Positions 1-9,359 of a stretch of 38,329 nucleotides of DNA are shown piece after piece (position 1 is the stretch's first letter; every line of letters begins with the position of its first letter). The stretch comes from a virus (Duplodnaviria > Caudoviricetes). A program made the translations under genes and the position numbers. The notes under the pieces are model-generated. The model was given only the letters and a program-made list of their open reading frames with translations, was not told where the DNA came from and made no database searches. Where the stretch lies: the IMG/VR virus record IMGVR_UViG_3300044723_002769, positions 1 to 38,329 of that record; one strand, given 5' to 3'.

Positions 1-3000
1 GGAACAAATCAAACTTTAGATATTGCATCAGTAAATACAGATACTAATACTAACATTGGTAACACTGATATTATTAGCGGTTTGACTGCTTTGTCTAGTA
101 TAGATATAGCAAATGATAGTTTAATTTATCGAGACAACAGCGATTCAGGTGCAGTTAAAAAATTAAGTTTAACAGAATTAATGAGTGCAGTAACAGAAGC
201 AATATTACCCGATTTGTCTGCTGATAAAATTACAAGTGGTGAATTTGCTACTGGTAGAATACCAACTTTAGCACAGTCTAAAATTACTGATTTGACTACG
301 GATTTGGCAGCAAAAGTTCCTACTTCTAGAACTATTGCAGGTAAAGCACTTTCTAATAACTTAACATTAGCAGTAAATGCCGCAGGTAAATTAGAAGTTA
401 ATGATGGTGGAACTGCGGTTGTAATACAAAATGCTAGTAATGTTGATGTTGTATTTGATAATTCTAAAATAACTACTGCAACATTGGGATTAGATAATGT
501 AGATAACAAATCTGCTGCTACTTTACAAACTGAAATACTATCTGCTGCAAGTGCCAGTGATGTAGGATTAGGAAGTGCGGCAAGTGATATAACAACTAAT
601 GCTACTAATATAGCAACTAATGTAACCGCAATTGCACTTAATACTGCTAAAGCCACAAATGTAACAACTGATTTGGGCGTTACAACTACTAGCACTACCA
701 TTGATGTAACTAGTTCTGATGGAACGGATGCTACTTTACCTGTTGCTACAACATCTGCGGGAGGTATATTGAGTGCTGCATTATTTGATAATATTACTGC
801 TAATACTGCTAAGGTTACAAATGTAACAACTAATTTAGCAATTACAGGAACAACAGGTGCAAGAACAATAACTTCTTCTGATGGTACAGATGCGATAATT
901 CCTATTGCTACTTCTGCAAGTGGAACTAATGTATCGGGTTTAATTACTCCTACAATGGTTGATGCTATTACTACTAATACTGCTAAACTAACTGCTAATG
1001 CAGCAAATGTAACTGCTGCTTTGGTTGCTTCTACTACTATTGATAGTGATGACAAAGCAACAATATTGAGTAATATCGGTGCGTCATCATTCGGGGGAGC
1101 GTTTTCTAATTTAACGGATAAACCGACAACCCTTGCAGGTTATGGAATAACAGACGCTCTAGCAGGGACTACCACAGTTGACGATGTTTCCGTAGCGAAT
1201 CTTTTGGCAAGAGTAGATGATTTTGATACTACTCAAGCAAGTACATTTAGAACTTCTATTGGTGCTGGTTCTGCTACTGATAATAATGATTTTATAAATG
1301 CCGCTAGTTTTGCTAGTGGGACATTGACATTATCAAGTGATACATTATCAGATGTAACAGTTGATATTTCGGGTGTTAATACAGATACAGTCTATTCCCT
1401 TACAAATGATTTAGCATCAACAGAAATAACAGCAATACAAAACATAGGCACAACTACTATTTCACCGCAACAATGGGGCTACTTAGGTGCGGCAACAGGA
1501 GCAATAACAAATACAGATTCAAATGTTTCAGTTGATAATCTAAAGACAGCATTAGAAGGGCCATTTGCAGATAATGCAGTTCAAATCGGTGATAATACTG
1601 ATGATATAATTACAATGAGAGGTATAGTAGCAACTACTCTTAATAGCCAAACCATAGGTGCTAATCCTGTATTTACTGATACTAATGATTTCTTAGATGG
1701 TATAACAGCAGATGGAAATAAACTTGTCTTTAGCGTTAGCGGTCAGACTGATGTAGATACGGGAACTTTACTTGGTTCAAATGCTTTTAATTCAACTGCA
1801 TTTTTAACTTCTTATACGGTATCAGAATCAGATGTTACTAATCATCAAGCGGCATTAGAAATTACAGAATCACAAATAAGCGATTTAGGTAATTATTTAA
1901 CTTCTGTATCAACATCCAATATAGTAAATGACGCAGTATCTTATGCTAAAATGCAAAATGTTTCTGCTACAAGTAAAGTGTTAGGTAGGATAACTAGTGG
2001 TGCAGGTAATGTTGAAGAATTAACAGGTGCAAATCTTAGAAGCATAATAAATGTAGAAGACGGTGCGACAGCCGACCAAACTGCTTCTGAAATAACTGCA
2101 TTGTTAAATGATGTAGGAACTTATTCTTTAGGAACAGCAAGTGCGGGAACTATTACTATTAATAATAATATAGATGTAACAGGTAATTTGAAGGTTACAG
2201 GCGATACTATTTATCATAATGAAACTATAAAAATAGTTGAAAATAATACACTTGCTTTCTTTACAGATGATGCAGCAGGTGATGGTGATAATGGTGAAGT
2301 AAGATTAACTGCTGCTGACCCTGTTGATGCTACATATACAGTAACAATACCTGCGGCAGAGTTTACAATACCAACACAAGATACTACTTATTCGGAAGCA
2401 ACAACTTTAGTAGCAGGGCTAATGTCAACTGCACATCACGACAAATTAGATGGTATAGCAGAAAACGCAAATAATTTTTCTCTTTTAGATAATGCAGTAA
2501 CTTATGCCAAGATACAAAATGTTGCTACTGCAAATAGAGTGTTAGGTAGTTCAAGTGCAGGTGGGGCAGTATCAGAAGTTCAAGTATCACAAGATATGAT
2601 TGCTGATGGTGCAGTATCATTAGCAAAGATGGCTAATTTAGCAGACGGCAGAATAATAGGCAATGTATCGGGAAGTGAGGGAACACCTTCTGCTTTAGAT
2701 AAGGATGACTTACATACTTTACTTTCAGTTACAGATGTAGGTGGCAACTTTATGGAAATGGCTAATCCAAGTACGGCAAATACTCCGGCTGTACCTTTAT
2801 TTCCAAGACTTAATGCTGATAATACTATAACTACGTTAAATGCTTCTGACTTTAGAAGTGCTATTGGTGCTTCTGCTAGTGGTGCATCTAACTTCGGTGT
2901 AGGAGATATTACGGGTGCTACTGAGTTTGCAGGTACTCTTGTTGATACTGATGAATTAATATTTAACGATGGAGGAGTATTAAGTAGGATGGATTTTAGT

Positions 3001-6000
3001 GTTCTAAAATCAAATATATTAACTGGTATAGAAGCGGGTGCTGATGTTACAGATGCAACTAATGTAGCAGATGCAGGTGCTTTGATGGATACAGAAGTTG
3101 ATGTAAATATTAAGACATTAACATTACCTGCTAGTACAACAATCACAACATTCGGTGCTTCATTAATAGATGATGCTGATGCCGATACTGCTTTGGCTAC
3201 ATTAGGAGGCACTACTACCGGAATTGCTTTACTTAAAGCAACGAATCCAAGTACGGCAAATTCTCCGGCTGTACCTTTATTTCCAAGACTTAATGCTGAT
3301 AATACTGTGGATTATTTAACTGCTTCACTAATGCTAAGTGCTATTGGTGGAGGAACAGGCGGAGGTTCAGTAACAGAAGTAACAGGCGGTGTAGGTTTTA
3401 CCGTTAATAATGGAACTACTACACCAGATTTAACTTTAGATTTAAGTCAAATTAGTAGTGCAACTTTGGCTACTACTGATTCATTAGTTGGATTTGTAGC
3501 AGGTACGGGTGCAGGTTCTAATTTAAAGGCATCAAGTACTATTGGAAATATTCTTTCTCTTATTGAAATTGCTGATGATACATCCCCACAATTAGGTGGG
3601 AACTTAGATACTAATGGTCATAATATTAAAATTGATGATGCACACGGTATTTTAGATGAAGATGGTAATGAATTATTACTTTTCACAAGTCCCGAATCTA
3701 GTCCTGTAAATTATATAAATATAGCAAATAAGGCAACAGGCAATGCACCAATATTAGCGGCAACAGGGAGTGATGCTGCTGTATCATTAAACATTAGACC
3801 AAAGGGTACAGGTTATGTTAATTTCGATGAAGGAGATATACAAATAGGCACAACTGTTCTTAATGCTACTGCTGCCGAATTGAACGTATTGAACAATTTA
3901 CCTGCTGAAAGTTTCGTTGGAAGAAATGCTGATACAGGTTCAGCAGAAAGACTATCAGTAGCAACCGCATTAACACTATTAGGTGTTACTTCGGGTGCAG
4001 AACCAAACGTTAGAGCGAATTGGAATGAAACAACTTCGTCTAGTGATGCCTTTATTCAAAATAAACCTGATGTTGACAATGTATCAGTTGCTAATTTAAA
4101 AACTGCATTAGCAGGTGGTTTTGGTGATGGTGCGGTTACTATTGGAGATAATGATGACATTGTTACTATTGGCAATAAATTAATAGTAACAGGAGATTTA
4201 GTTGTTAGTGGAACTACAACTACAATTAATACTGCTACTATTGAAGTAGAAGATAACATTCTACAACTAAATACTACACAAGGTACTCCTGATACTGCTA
4301 CTGCGGCTACAAGTGGTATAAGCGTTTATCGTGGTAATGGTATAACACAAGCATCTCTTATATTTGATGATGCTGATGATACTTGGGATTTGACTAATAA
4401 TCTTACTCTTGGTGGAGTATTAACTGCTACAAGTCCGGTATTTACAACTCCTGATTTGGGAACACCTTCTGCAATTAATCTAACTAACGCTACAAGTCCT
4501 CCAACTTGGAATCAATCAACAAGCGGTAATGCTGCTACTGCTACTAAGATTACTACTATAACAAATAGTAATATCGTTCAATTAACTGATGCTCAAACAT
4601 TAACAAATAAAACAATTAATGCGAGTAATAATACTCTAAGTAATATTGCTAATAGTGCTTTAACTTATAGTAGTATAACAATTAATGGTTCTGCTGTATC
4701 TCTAGGCGGTTCAGTTAACACTCCTGATACTGTTTATTCTCTCCCAACTGCCTCTTCAAATATTTTAGGTGGAATTAAAGTTGGTTCTAATTTAACAATT
4801 AGTAATGGTGTATTATCGGGAACTGCTGATACTGTTTACACTCACCCTACACATGATGGAGATGATATAGATATTGACACAACTGCATTAACAGGTGCAA
4901 CTGTTATTTCAGATTTAGACCTTAATATAACTACTGATACATTAGGACACGTTACGGATGCTAATGCTACAATAGCAACAAGAGAATTATCATTAACAGA
5001 CTTAGGTTTTACAGGAGATGCTGATGCTACTGATGATTTAACTGCGGCAGAAATTAGAACTTTAGTTGGAACAGGTAATGGTGGTGTTTTGCCGTCAACA
5101 GGTTCATTAGGAACTTTCTTGAAGCATGATGGAACATTTGGCGCGTTACCTGCTAAAATGGCCTTTACTGTAAGAGACAGTTCAGATACAGATGTTCTTA
5201 TTCCTGATGCTAGATTTATTAAGTTTAATGAAGGTAATGGTTTAGGTATTGCTTTTACAAATACAAATACAGGAGATACAAGCACTCCATTTGAGTTAAC
5301 CTTCCAAGTTAATGATGATGGTATAGGAGCAGACCAATTAGCAAATACTGGTGTTACTGCGGGTTCTTTCACAAGCGCAGATATTACAGTTGATGCACAA
5401 GGAAGAATAACTGCTGCTTCTAGTGGTAGTGGTGGTGGTGCTTCTGCTATTGGTGGCTTAGATGATGTATTAGTAGATTCAACTAATTATATTGATGGAT
5501 TCTTACTTCAAACAGATAGTAATGGTTTAGCGCCTACTACATCTTTTACAGGAAATAATTCAGGAAATATCGGTCTTGGAAAAGATGTATTTACTTCTAT
5601 GACTTCGGGTTCAAATTACAATGTCGGCATAGGTTATAGAGCCTTAGATGCTTTAACTACCGGAGATAATAATATCGCCATTGGATTAGATGCTGGTTCT
5701 TCTGCAACAACAACTTCAGGGGGTGTGTATATAGGGGAGTCAAGTGGTAGACTCGCAACAGGTTTTTACAATACATTACTAGGCCGAAGAACAGGCTACT
5801 CTCTTACAAGTGGGAGTTATAATGTATATCTAGGGGTTTCGGCAGGTGAGAATAATACAACAGGTTCAAATAATACATTCGTTGGTACATTTGCAGGGAA
5901 TAATTCGGGAACGACCTCTAATAGTGTGTTCTTAGGTTATCAATCCGGACAACTAGTTAAAGCGAGTGCAAATATTGCTATTGGGGGTTTAGCATTAAAA

Positions 6001-7017
6001 TGCACCGGAACAGGTGGAACAGGTAATCAAAATATTGCTATTGGGCAATCTTCAATGCAAAATGTAGAAGGTAGTGCTGGTTTTAATATCGGTGTTGGCG
6101 GTCAAACATTTAAAAATCTTACAACAGGTAATAACAACTCCGCTTTAGGATATGAAGCCGGAGAAAACATAACCACAGGAAGTAATAATGTAATACTTGG
6201 GTATGAAGCAGTCACGGAAGTGGGGGCAAATCCAAGTGATACGGTCGCTATTGGTTATCAGGCAGGATGGCAAAATAATGGTTCAAAAAATGTATTCATA
6301 GGCACGAATGCGGGTAGTTCCAATAGTGTTAATAATAGTGGTCAATCAACAGGTCAAAAAAATGTAGGTATTGGTTACTTTAGTCTTTTTAATCTAACAA
6401 CAGGAAGTAATAATATCGCTATTGGTGGAGACTTTGTGGCTAATAACATCACAACAGGTTCAAACAATGTAGTTATTGGTGAAGCAGATGTTCCAAGTGC
6501 AACAGGAGACGACCAATTATCAATAAGTTCGGGTGATGGTGGAGTTACTTGGATTACAGGAGACTCTAATGGTTTTGTAACACACACTAATGGTAGCGAC
6601 CATACATTTGTTATTTTTGGAGAGGAAGGAGATTTATATGCAGGTACAGGAACTACAGGTAATGCTAATGGTTATCAATTTTCATACGGTAATGGTAGGG
6701 CTAATGTAACCAATACAAGTAGTGGAACTGACTTTGGTATTAACGTGCCTCATAATTGTGTTTTAGAAAGAATAGATGTAGTATTCGGTAATAGTGGTAA
6801 TGTAAGTAGCGGCACTACTACGTTTGTTGTAGTAAAAAACGGTTCTAATCAAAGCGGTAATTTAAGCACGAATCATACTAGTGGGGTACATGATACACAC
6901 CATACAGGATTATCTCATGCATTTACAAATGGTGATAGATTTAACTTACGAACAACAACAAGTTCAAGACAAGTTGGCCCTATGAGAATGACAGCAAGAT
7001 TTAGGAGAACAGGTTGA
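1..7017 (+). CDS. Giant tail fibre/adhesin-like protein, 5'-partial (>2338 aa)
   Basis: Frame +1 is open from base 1, so the TTG at 82 is not the true start. T/S/G/A/D/N-rich. Contains phage fibre motifs KPTTLAGYGITDA, LPTASSNILGGIKVG and ITVDAQGRITAA, plus C-terminal GxxNxAxGxxA beta-roll repeats (about 5560-6480). Followed by a fibre chaperone. Confidence 0.8.
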   Translation, partial: GTNQTLDIASVNTDTNTNIGNTDIISGLTALSSIDIANDSLIYRDNSDSGAVKKLSLTELMSAVTEAILPDLSADKITSGEFATGRIPTLAQSKITDLTTDLAAKVPTSRTIAGKALSNNLTLAVNAAGKLEVNDGGTAVVIQNASNVDVVFDNSKITTATLGLDNVDNKSAATLQTEILSAASASDVGLGSAASDITTNATNIATNVTAIALNTAKATNVTTDLGVTTTSTTIDVTSSDGTDATLPVATTSAGGILSAALFDNITANTAKVTNVTTNLAITGTTGARTITSSDGTDAIIPIATSASGTNVSGLITPTMVDAITTNTAKLTANAANVTAALVASTTIDSDDKATILSNIGASSFGGAFSNLTDKPTTLAGYGITDALAGTTTVDDVSVANLLARVDDFDTTQASTFRTSIGAGSATDNNDFINAASFASGTLTLSSDTLSDVTVDISGVNTDTVYSLTNDLASTEITAIQNIGTTTISPQQWGYLGAATGAITNTDSNVSVDNLKTALEGPFADNAVQIGDNTDDIITMRGIVATTLNSQTIGANPVFTDTNDFLDGITADGNKLVFSVSGQTDVDTGTLLGSNAFNSTAFLTSYTVSESDVTNHQAALEITESQISDLGNYLTSVSTSNIVNDAVSYAKMQNVSATSKVLGRITSGAGNVEELTGANLRSIINVEDGATADQTASEITALLNDVGTYSLGTASAGTITINNNIDVTGNLKVTGDTIYHNETIKIVENNTLAFFTDDAAGDGDNGEVRLTAADPVDATYTVTIPAAEFTIPTQDTTYSEATTLVAGLMSTAHHDKLDGIAENANNFSLLDNAVTYAKIQNVATANRVLGSSSAGGAVSEVQVSQDMIADGAVSLAKMANLADGRIIGNVSGSEGTPSALDKDDLHTLLSVTDVGGNFMEMANPSTANTPAVPLFPRLNADNTITTLNASDFRSAIGASASGASNFGVGDITGATEFAGTLVDTDELIFNDGGVLSRMDFSVLKSNILTGIEAGADVTDATNVADAGALMDTEVDVNIKTLTLPASTTITTFGASLIDDADADTALATLGGTTTGIALLKATNPSTANSPAVPLFPRLNADNTVDYLTASLMLSAIGGGTGGGSVTEVTGGVGFTVNNGTTTPDLTLDLSQISSATLATTDSLVGFVAGTGAGSNLKASSTIGNILSLIEIADDTSPQLGGNLDTNGHNIKIDDAHGILDEDGNELLLFTSPESSPVNYINIANKATGNAPILAATGSDAAVSLNIRPKGTGYVNFDEGDIQIGTTVLNATAAELNVLNNLPAESFVGRNADTGSAERLSVATALTLLGVTSGAEPNVRANWNETTSSSDAFIQNKPDVDNVSVANLKTALAGGFGDGAVTIGDNDDIVTIGNKLIVTGDLVVSGTTTTINTATIEVEDNILQLNTTQGTPDTATAATSGISVYRGNGITQASLIFDDADDTWDLTNNLTLGGVLTATSPVFTTPDLGTPSAINLTNATSPPTWNQSTSGNAATATKITTITNSNIVQLTDAQTLTNKTINASNNTLSNIANSALTYSSITINGSAVSLGGSVNTPDTVYSLPTASSNILGGIKVGSNLTISNGVLSGTADTVYTHPTHDGDDIDIDTTALTGATVISDLDLNITTDTLGHVTDANATIATRELSLTDLGFTGDADATDDLTAAEIRTLVGTGNGGVLPSTGSLGTFLKHDGTFGALPAKMAFTVRDSSDTDVLIPDARFIKFNEGNGLGIAFTNTNTGDTSTPFELTFQVNDDGIGADQLANTGVTAGSFTSADITVDAQGRITAASSGSGGGASAIGGLDDVLVDSTNYIDGFLLQTDSNGLAPTTSFTGNNSGNIGLGKDVFTSMTSGSNYNVGIGYRALDALTTGDNNIAIGLDAGSSATTTSGGVYIGESSGRLATGFYNTLLGRRTGYSLTSGSYNVYLGVSAGENNTTGSNNTFVGTFAGNNSGTTSNSVFLGYQSGQLVKASANIAIGGLALKCTGTGGTGNQNIAIGQSSMQNVEGSAGFNIGVGGQTFKNLTTGNNNSALGYEAGENITTGSNNVILGYEAVTEVGANPSDTVAIGYQAGWQNNGSKNVFIGTNAGSSNSVNNSGQSTGQKNVGIGYFSLFNLTTGSNNIAIGGDFVANNITTGSNNVVIGEADVPSATGDDQLSISSGDGGVTWITGDSNGFVTHTNGSDHTFVIFGEEGDLYAGTGTTGNANGYQFSYGNGRANVTNTSSGTDFGINVPHNCVLERIDVVFGNSGNVSSGTTTFVVVKNGSNQSGNLSTNHTSGVHDTHHTGLSHAFTNGDRFNLRTTTSSRQVGPMRMTARFRRTG
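2764..2826 (+). repeat. 63-bp direct repeat, copy 1 (NPSTANTPAVPLFPRLNADNT)
   Basis: 62/63 identical to 3244-3306. Confidence 0.95.
3244..3306 (+). repeat. 63-bp direct repeat, copy 2 (NPSTANSPAVPLFPRLNADNT)
   Basis: 62/63 identical to 2764-2826, offset 480 bp, same frame. Confidence 0.95.
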
Positions 7018-7026
7018 GGTGATTAA

Positions 7027-7278
7027 ATGGTATTAACAGAAGAAGAAGCATGGAATAATGTAAGAACAGGAAGAGATTATTGGTTAGAAAAAAGAGTAGA
7101 TTTTTATCAAAATAAACCTTTGTTGTATAATTCTTTGACTGATGAACAGAAAACTGAATTAGCAACTTATAGACAAGAGTTATTAGATTTCCCTGCTACG
7201 CTTGCTACAATAGTAGGGGATGAACTACCTCTAGACTACGGACAGTATTACCCCGAACCCCCAACATGGATGGATTAA
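7027..7278 (+). CDS. Tail fibre assembly chaperone-like protein
   Basis: W..VR..RD..L...D...LT.EQK.EL..YRQ.L.D.P...P.PP pattern; directly after the fibre gene; SD GAGGTGA upstream. Confidence 0.75.
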   Translation: MVLTEEEAWNNVRTGRDYWLEKRVDFYQNKPLLYNSLTDEQKTELATYRQELLDFPATLATIVGDELPLDYGQYYPEPPTWMD

Positions 7279-7279
7279 G

Positions 7280-7585
7280 ATGGCACTAAAAATTGAATAC
7301 GAAACGAACTTTGGAATAACTTGTAGCGAGGCTATATGTGTAATAGTTGATACTAGATGTAATAAAGAAGTAGATGAAGAAGGAAATAAAACATTCCCTG
7401 TTCAATACAATGGGAAGATATACGCATCGGATGATGCCTACGCTGATGGTGCATCTCCTGTTAGTGGTTTCAATGGTTATTTTTTGATGAGTGAATCTGC
7501 TGCTAAAACTCAATACAACATAATCAAACAATGCTACATTGACTTAAAGACAAAAGATGGTTTTACAGAAGGAATAGATTGTTAA
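7280..7585 (+). CDS. Hypothetical protein, tail-fibre associated
   Basis: 101-aa ORF coupled to the chaperone; last gene of the + strand module. Confidence 0.6.
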   Translation: MALKIEYETNFGITCSEAICVIVDTRCNKEVDEEGNKTFPVQYNGKIYASDDAYADGASPVSGFNGYFLMSESAAKTQYNIIKQCYIDLKTKDGFTEGIDC

Positions 7586-7710
7586 TCTAAACCTAAAGAA
7601 AATACTTCATCTAATAACTTACGTTGAGTTTCTAAGTAATCTCTCCAAGTAGGTTTTTTGAATGCCTTTTCAAAACCTTCTATTTGTGCATCCCAATAAT
7701 CTTCATCCAT
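7582..7710 (-). CDS. Small hypothetical protein (42 aa, MDEDYWDAQIEGFEKAF...)
   Basis: Read by hand; ATG to TAA, starts 1 nt after the stop of the upstream micro-ORF. Confidence 0.55.
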   Translation of the reverse strand: MDEDYWDAQIEGFEKAFKKPTWRDYLETQRKLLDEVFSLGLD

Positions 7711-7711
7711 T

Positions 7712-7795
7712 TTATTCAACTTCTATATCTTTTAATGACTCCATAAAATCTGTCATCCACTTACATTTACCATTGTGATGTGTTCTTTCTTTCAT
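7712..7795 (-). CDS. Micro-ORF (27 aa, MKERTHHNGKCKW...)
   Basis: Read by hand; strong GGGAGG SD upstream. Confidence 0.45.
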   Translation of the reverse strand: MKERTHHNGKCKWMTDFMESLKDIEVE

Positions 7796-8112
7796 CCCTT
7801 TTTTCCTCCCATAAAACATAAAACAAGTGAGTTATTTGTATAGACACAATCATAAAAAAAGTATTCACAAAAAACATGGCAAAATCTAACTCTAATTGAT
7901 TTAGGCCATCTATAACTGATTGATTAATTTCCACTGTTGACAAATCCGCTTCACTCTAGTGTAATTCTAACACTAAGTAGTTAATTTACATTGTGGTATT
8001 TTTTGTGTAAAAACACAAATTCTGCACAGTTTATATACTCTCAGAACTTGCTATTGCATAAAAAATACTATTCTTAAAAAAAATAAGAATACTAACTTAG
8101 ACAAAAATGTCT

Positions 8113-8180
8113 AAAAAAAATTACAAAAAAAAAAGCAGCCTCATGGCCGAATAAAATTAATTATTCGACCACAAAGCCTT
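8113..8180 (-). terminator. Hairpin plus poly-U terminator of the - strand replication operon
   Basis: Minus strand GCTTTGTGGTCGAATAA...TTATTCGGCCATGAGGC stem (G-U pairs work only on -), followed by long T runs. Confidence 0.65.
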
Positions 8181-8294
8181 ACATTTTCTACATTGCCAAA
8201 TCTTGATTTCATCAAGACTACCAACATAGACCCCGCGAATCCGTCTTGGTATTGTTTCTTCTTTACAGAAGTTACATACCTCAACTAGAGCCAC
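8157..8294 (-). CDS. Small Zn-ribbon protein (45 aa)
   Basis: GTG start; CNFC...CRKC; read by hand. Confidence 0.6.
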   Translation of the reverse strand: MALVEVCNFCKEETIPRRIRGVYVGSLDEIKIWQCRKCKALWSNN

Positions 8295-8442
8295 GTTTTT
8301 GTTCCTCATTTATTAGGTTCGTCATATACTCTTCAATAGTATCTTCTGAATATTTACTATTACCAAAGGCTGCAAAAAATAATAACGAAATCATAATTAT
8401 AAAAACAATCCAAATAACAATAGATGTTGCACTTAAAGCCAT
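8281..8442 (-). CDS. Small single-TM membrane protein (53 aa)
   Basis: MALSATSIVIWIVFIIMISLLFFAAFG...; TAATG overlap with the upstream exonuclease. Confidence 0.6.
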   Translation of the reverse strand: MALSATSIVIWIVFIIMISLLFFAAFGNSKYSEDTIEEYMTNLINEEQKRGSS

Positions 8443-9053
8443 TACCACATCACCTCCAAATCTTTCTCAATTGCTTCTTCGAGGGAGAAGCCTTTAACTA
8501 TTTGGTTCTCAACACCATGTTTCCACAAATCATAAACTAATTCACAATCCTTTAAACAATATTCAGCAACTTGAGAGTAGCCTCCTGTTTTCCAAATCTT
8601 TGGTGCATCTGCACTATCCATTAGTTTATCAGAACCAAGTGTATGTTGAACTAAATTAGAAAGAGAATATCTTTCACCATATTCTTTAGAAAGTATTGCG
8701 CTTGTATCAATATATGATTCAGGATTATCTAAGTATTTTCTAATACAATAAATATCCATTGCATTTTTCAAAACAGGCAAGTCAAAGTTTCGTATATTAT
8801 GGCCTAGTAATTTTCCACCGTTATCAAAATGTTTTTCTAAATCGAATTTTAATTCAGATAATGGTTTGATGATTACATTAGATTTTCTCAAATCATCTAC
8901 TGATTTGTCAATATAGATAGTACCTACATCTCCATCCCAAGTACAAACTGTTGATACTTGAAACATATGGGTATTTTCCCAACCACCAATTTCGTGAGAC
9001 ATATTTTTTGTTTCTAAATCAATTGCTAAAACATTAGTCGCCATCTGAATCAT
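8442..9053 (-). CDS. DEDDy/RNase H-like 3'-5' exonuclease
   Basis: ExoI IDLET, ExoII GHNIRNFD, ExoIII YCLKD. Confidence 0.85.
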   Translation of the reverse strand: MIQMATNVLAIDLETKNMSHEIGGWENTHMFQVSTVCTWDGDVGTIYIDKSVDDLRKSNVIIKPLSELKFDLEKHFDNGGKLLGHNIRNFDLPVLKNAMDIYCIRKYLDNPESYIDTSAILSKEYGERYSLSNLVQHTLGSDKLMDSADAPKIWKTGGYSQVAEYCLKDCELVYDLWKHGVENQIVKGFSLEEAIEKDLEVMW

Positions 9054-9116
9054 CCTCTCCGGTTGATTTTAATATATCAAAAATTCTTTCAAACCACATT
9101 TTTTTTCTATATGGTA

Positions 9117-9359
9117 TCACTCTTCATCACCCGTTGCAGACCACAAAGCAGTTATTTTGTCTTGGTCTGCTTTTTGTGGATTAGGTGCTTCTTTAGTGGT
9201 ATCTCTCACTAAGAAAGCAATCAACCTATCTGTTCCGATATTCATTACTGTGCTTAAAGCCCAACCTTGTTGTCCTAACGTGTTTAGTGCTTCAATCATT
9301 ACTTTCGGGCCATCTTTTACATTATACATTTGAAATGTATGTTCATATGTTTTATTCAT
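9117..9359 (-). CDS. DUF4177-like small protein
   Basis: YEH...LNTLGQQGWAL pattern. Confidence 0.55.
   Translation of the reverse strand: MNKTYEHTFQMYNVKDGPKVMIEALNTLGQQGWALSTVMNIGTDRLIAFLVRDTTKEAPNPQKADQDKITALWSATGDEE

Noticed and set aside
2764-3306. Repeat pair as a DGR template/variable repeat
   Set aside because: Only one mismatch, both copies are internal and coding, and there is no reverse transcriptase in the window
126-6587. Long - strand ORFs (126-1055, 2580-3212, 4842-5372 and others) opposite the fibre gene
   Set aside because: Antisense shadows caused by the biased codon usage of the T/A/D/G-rich protein
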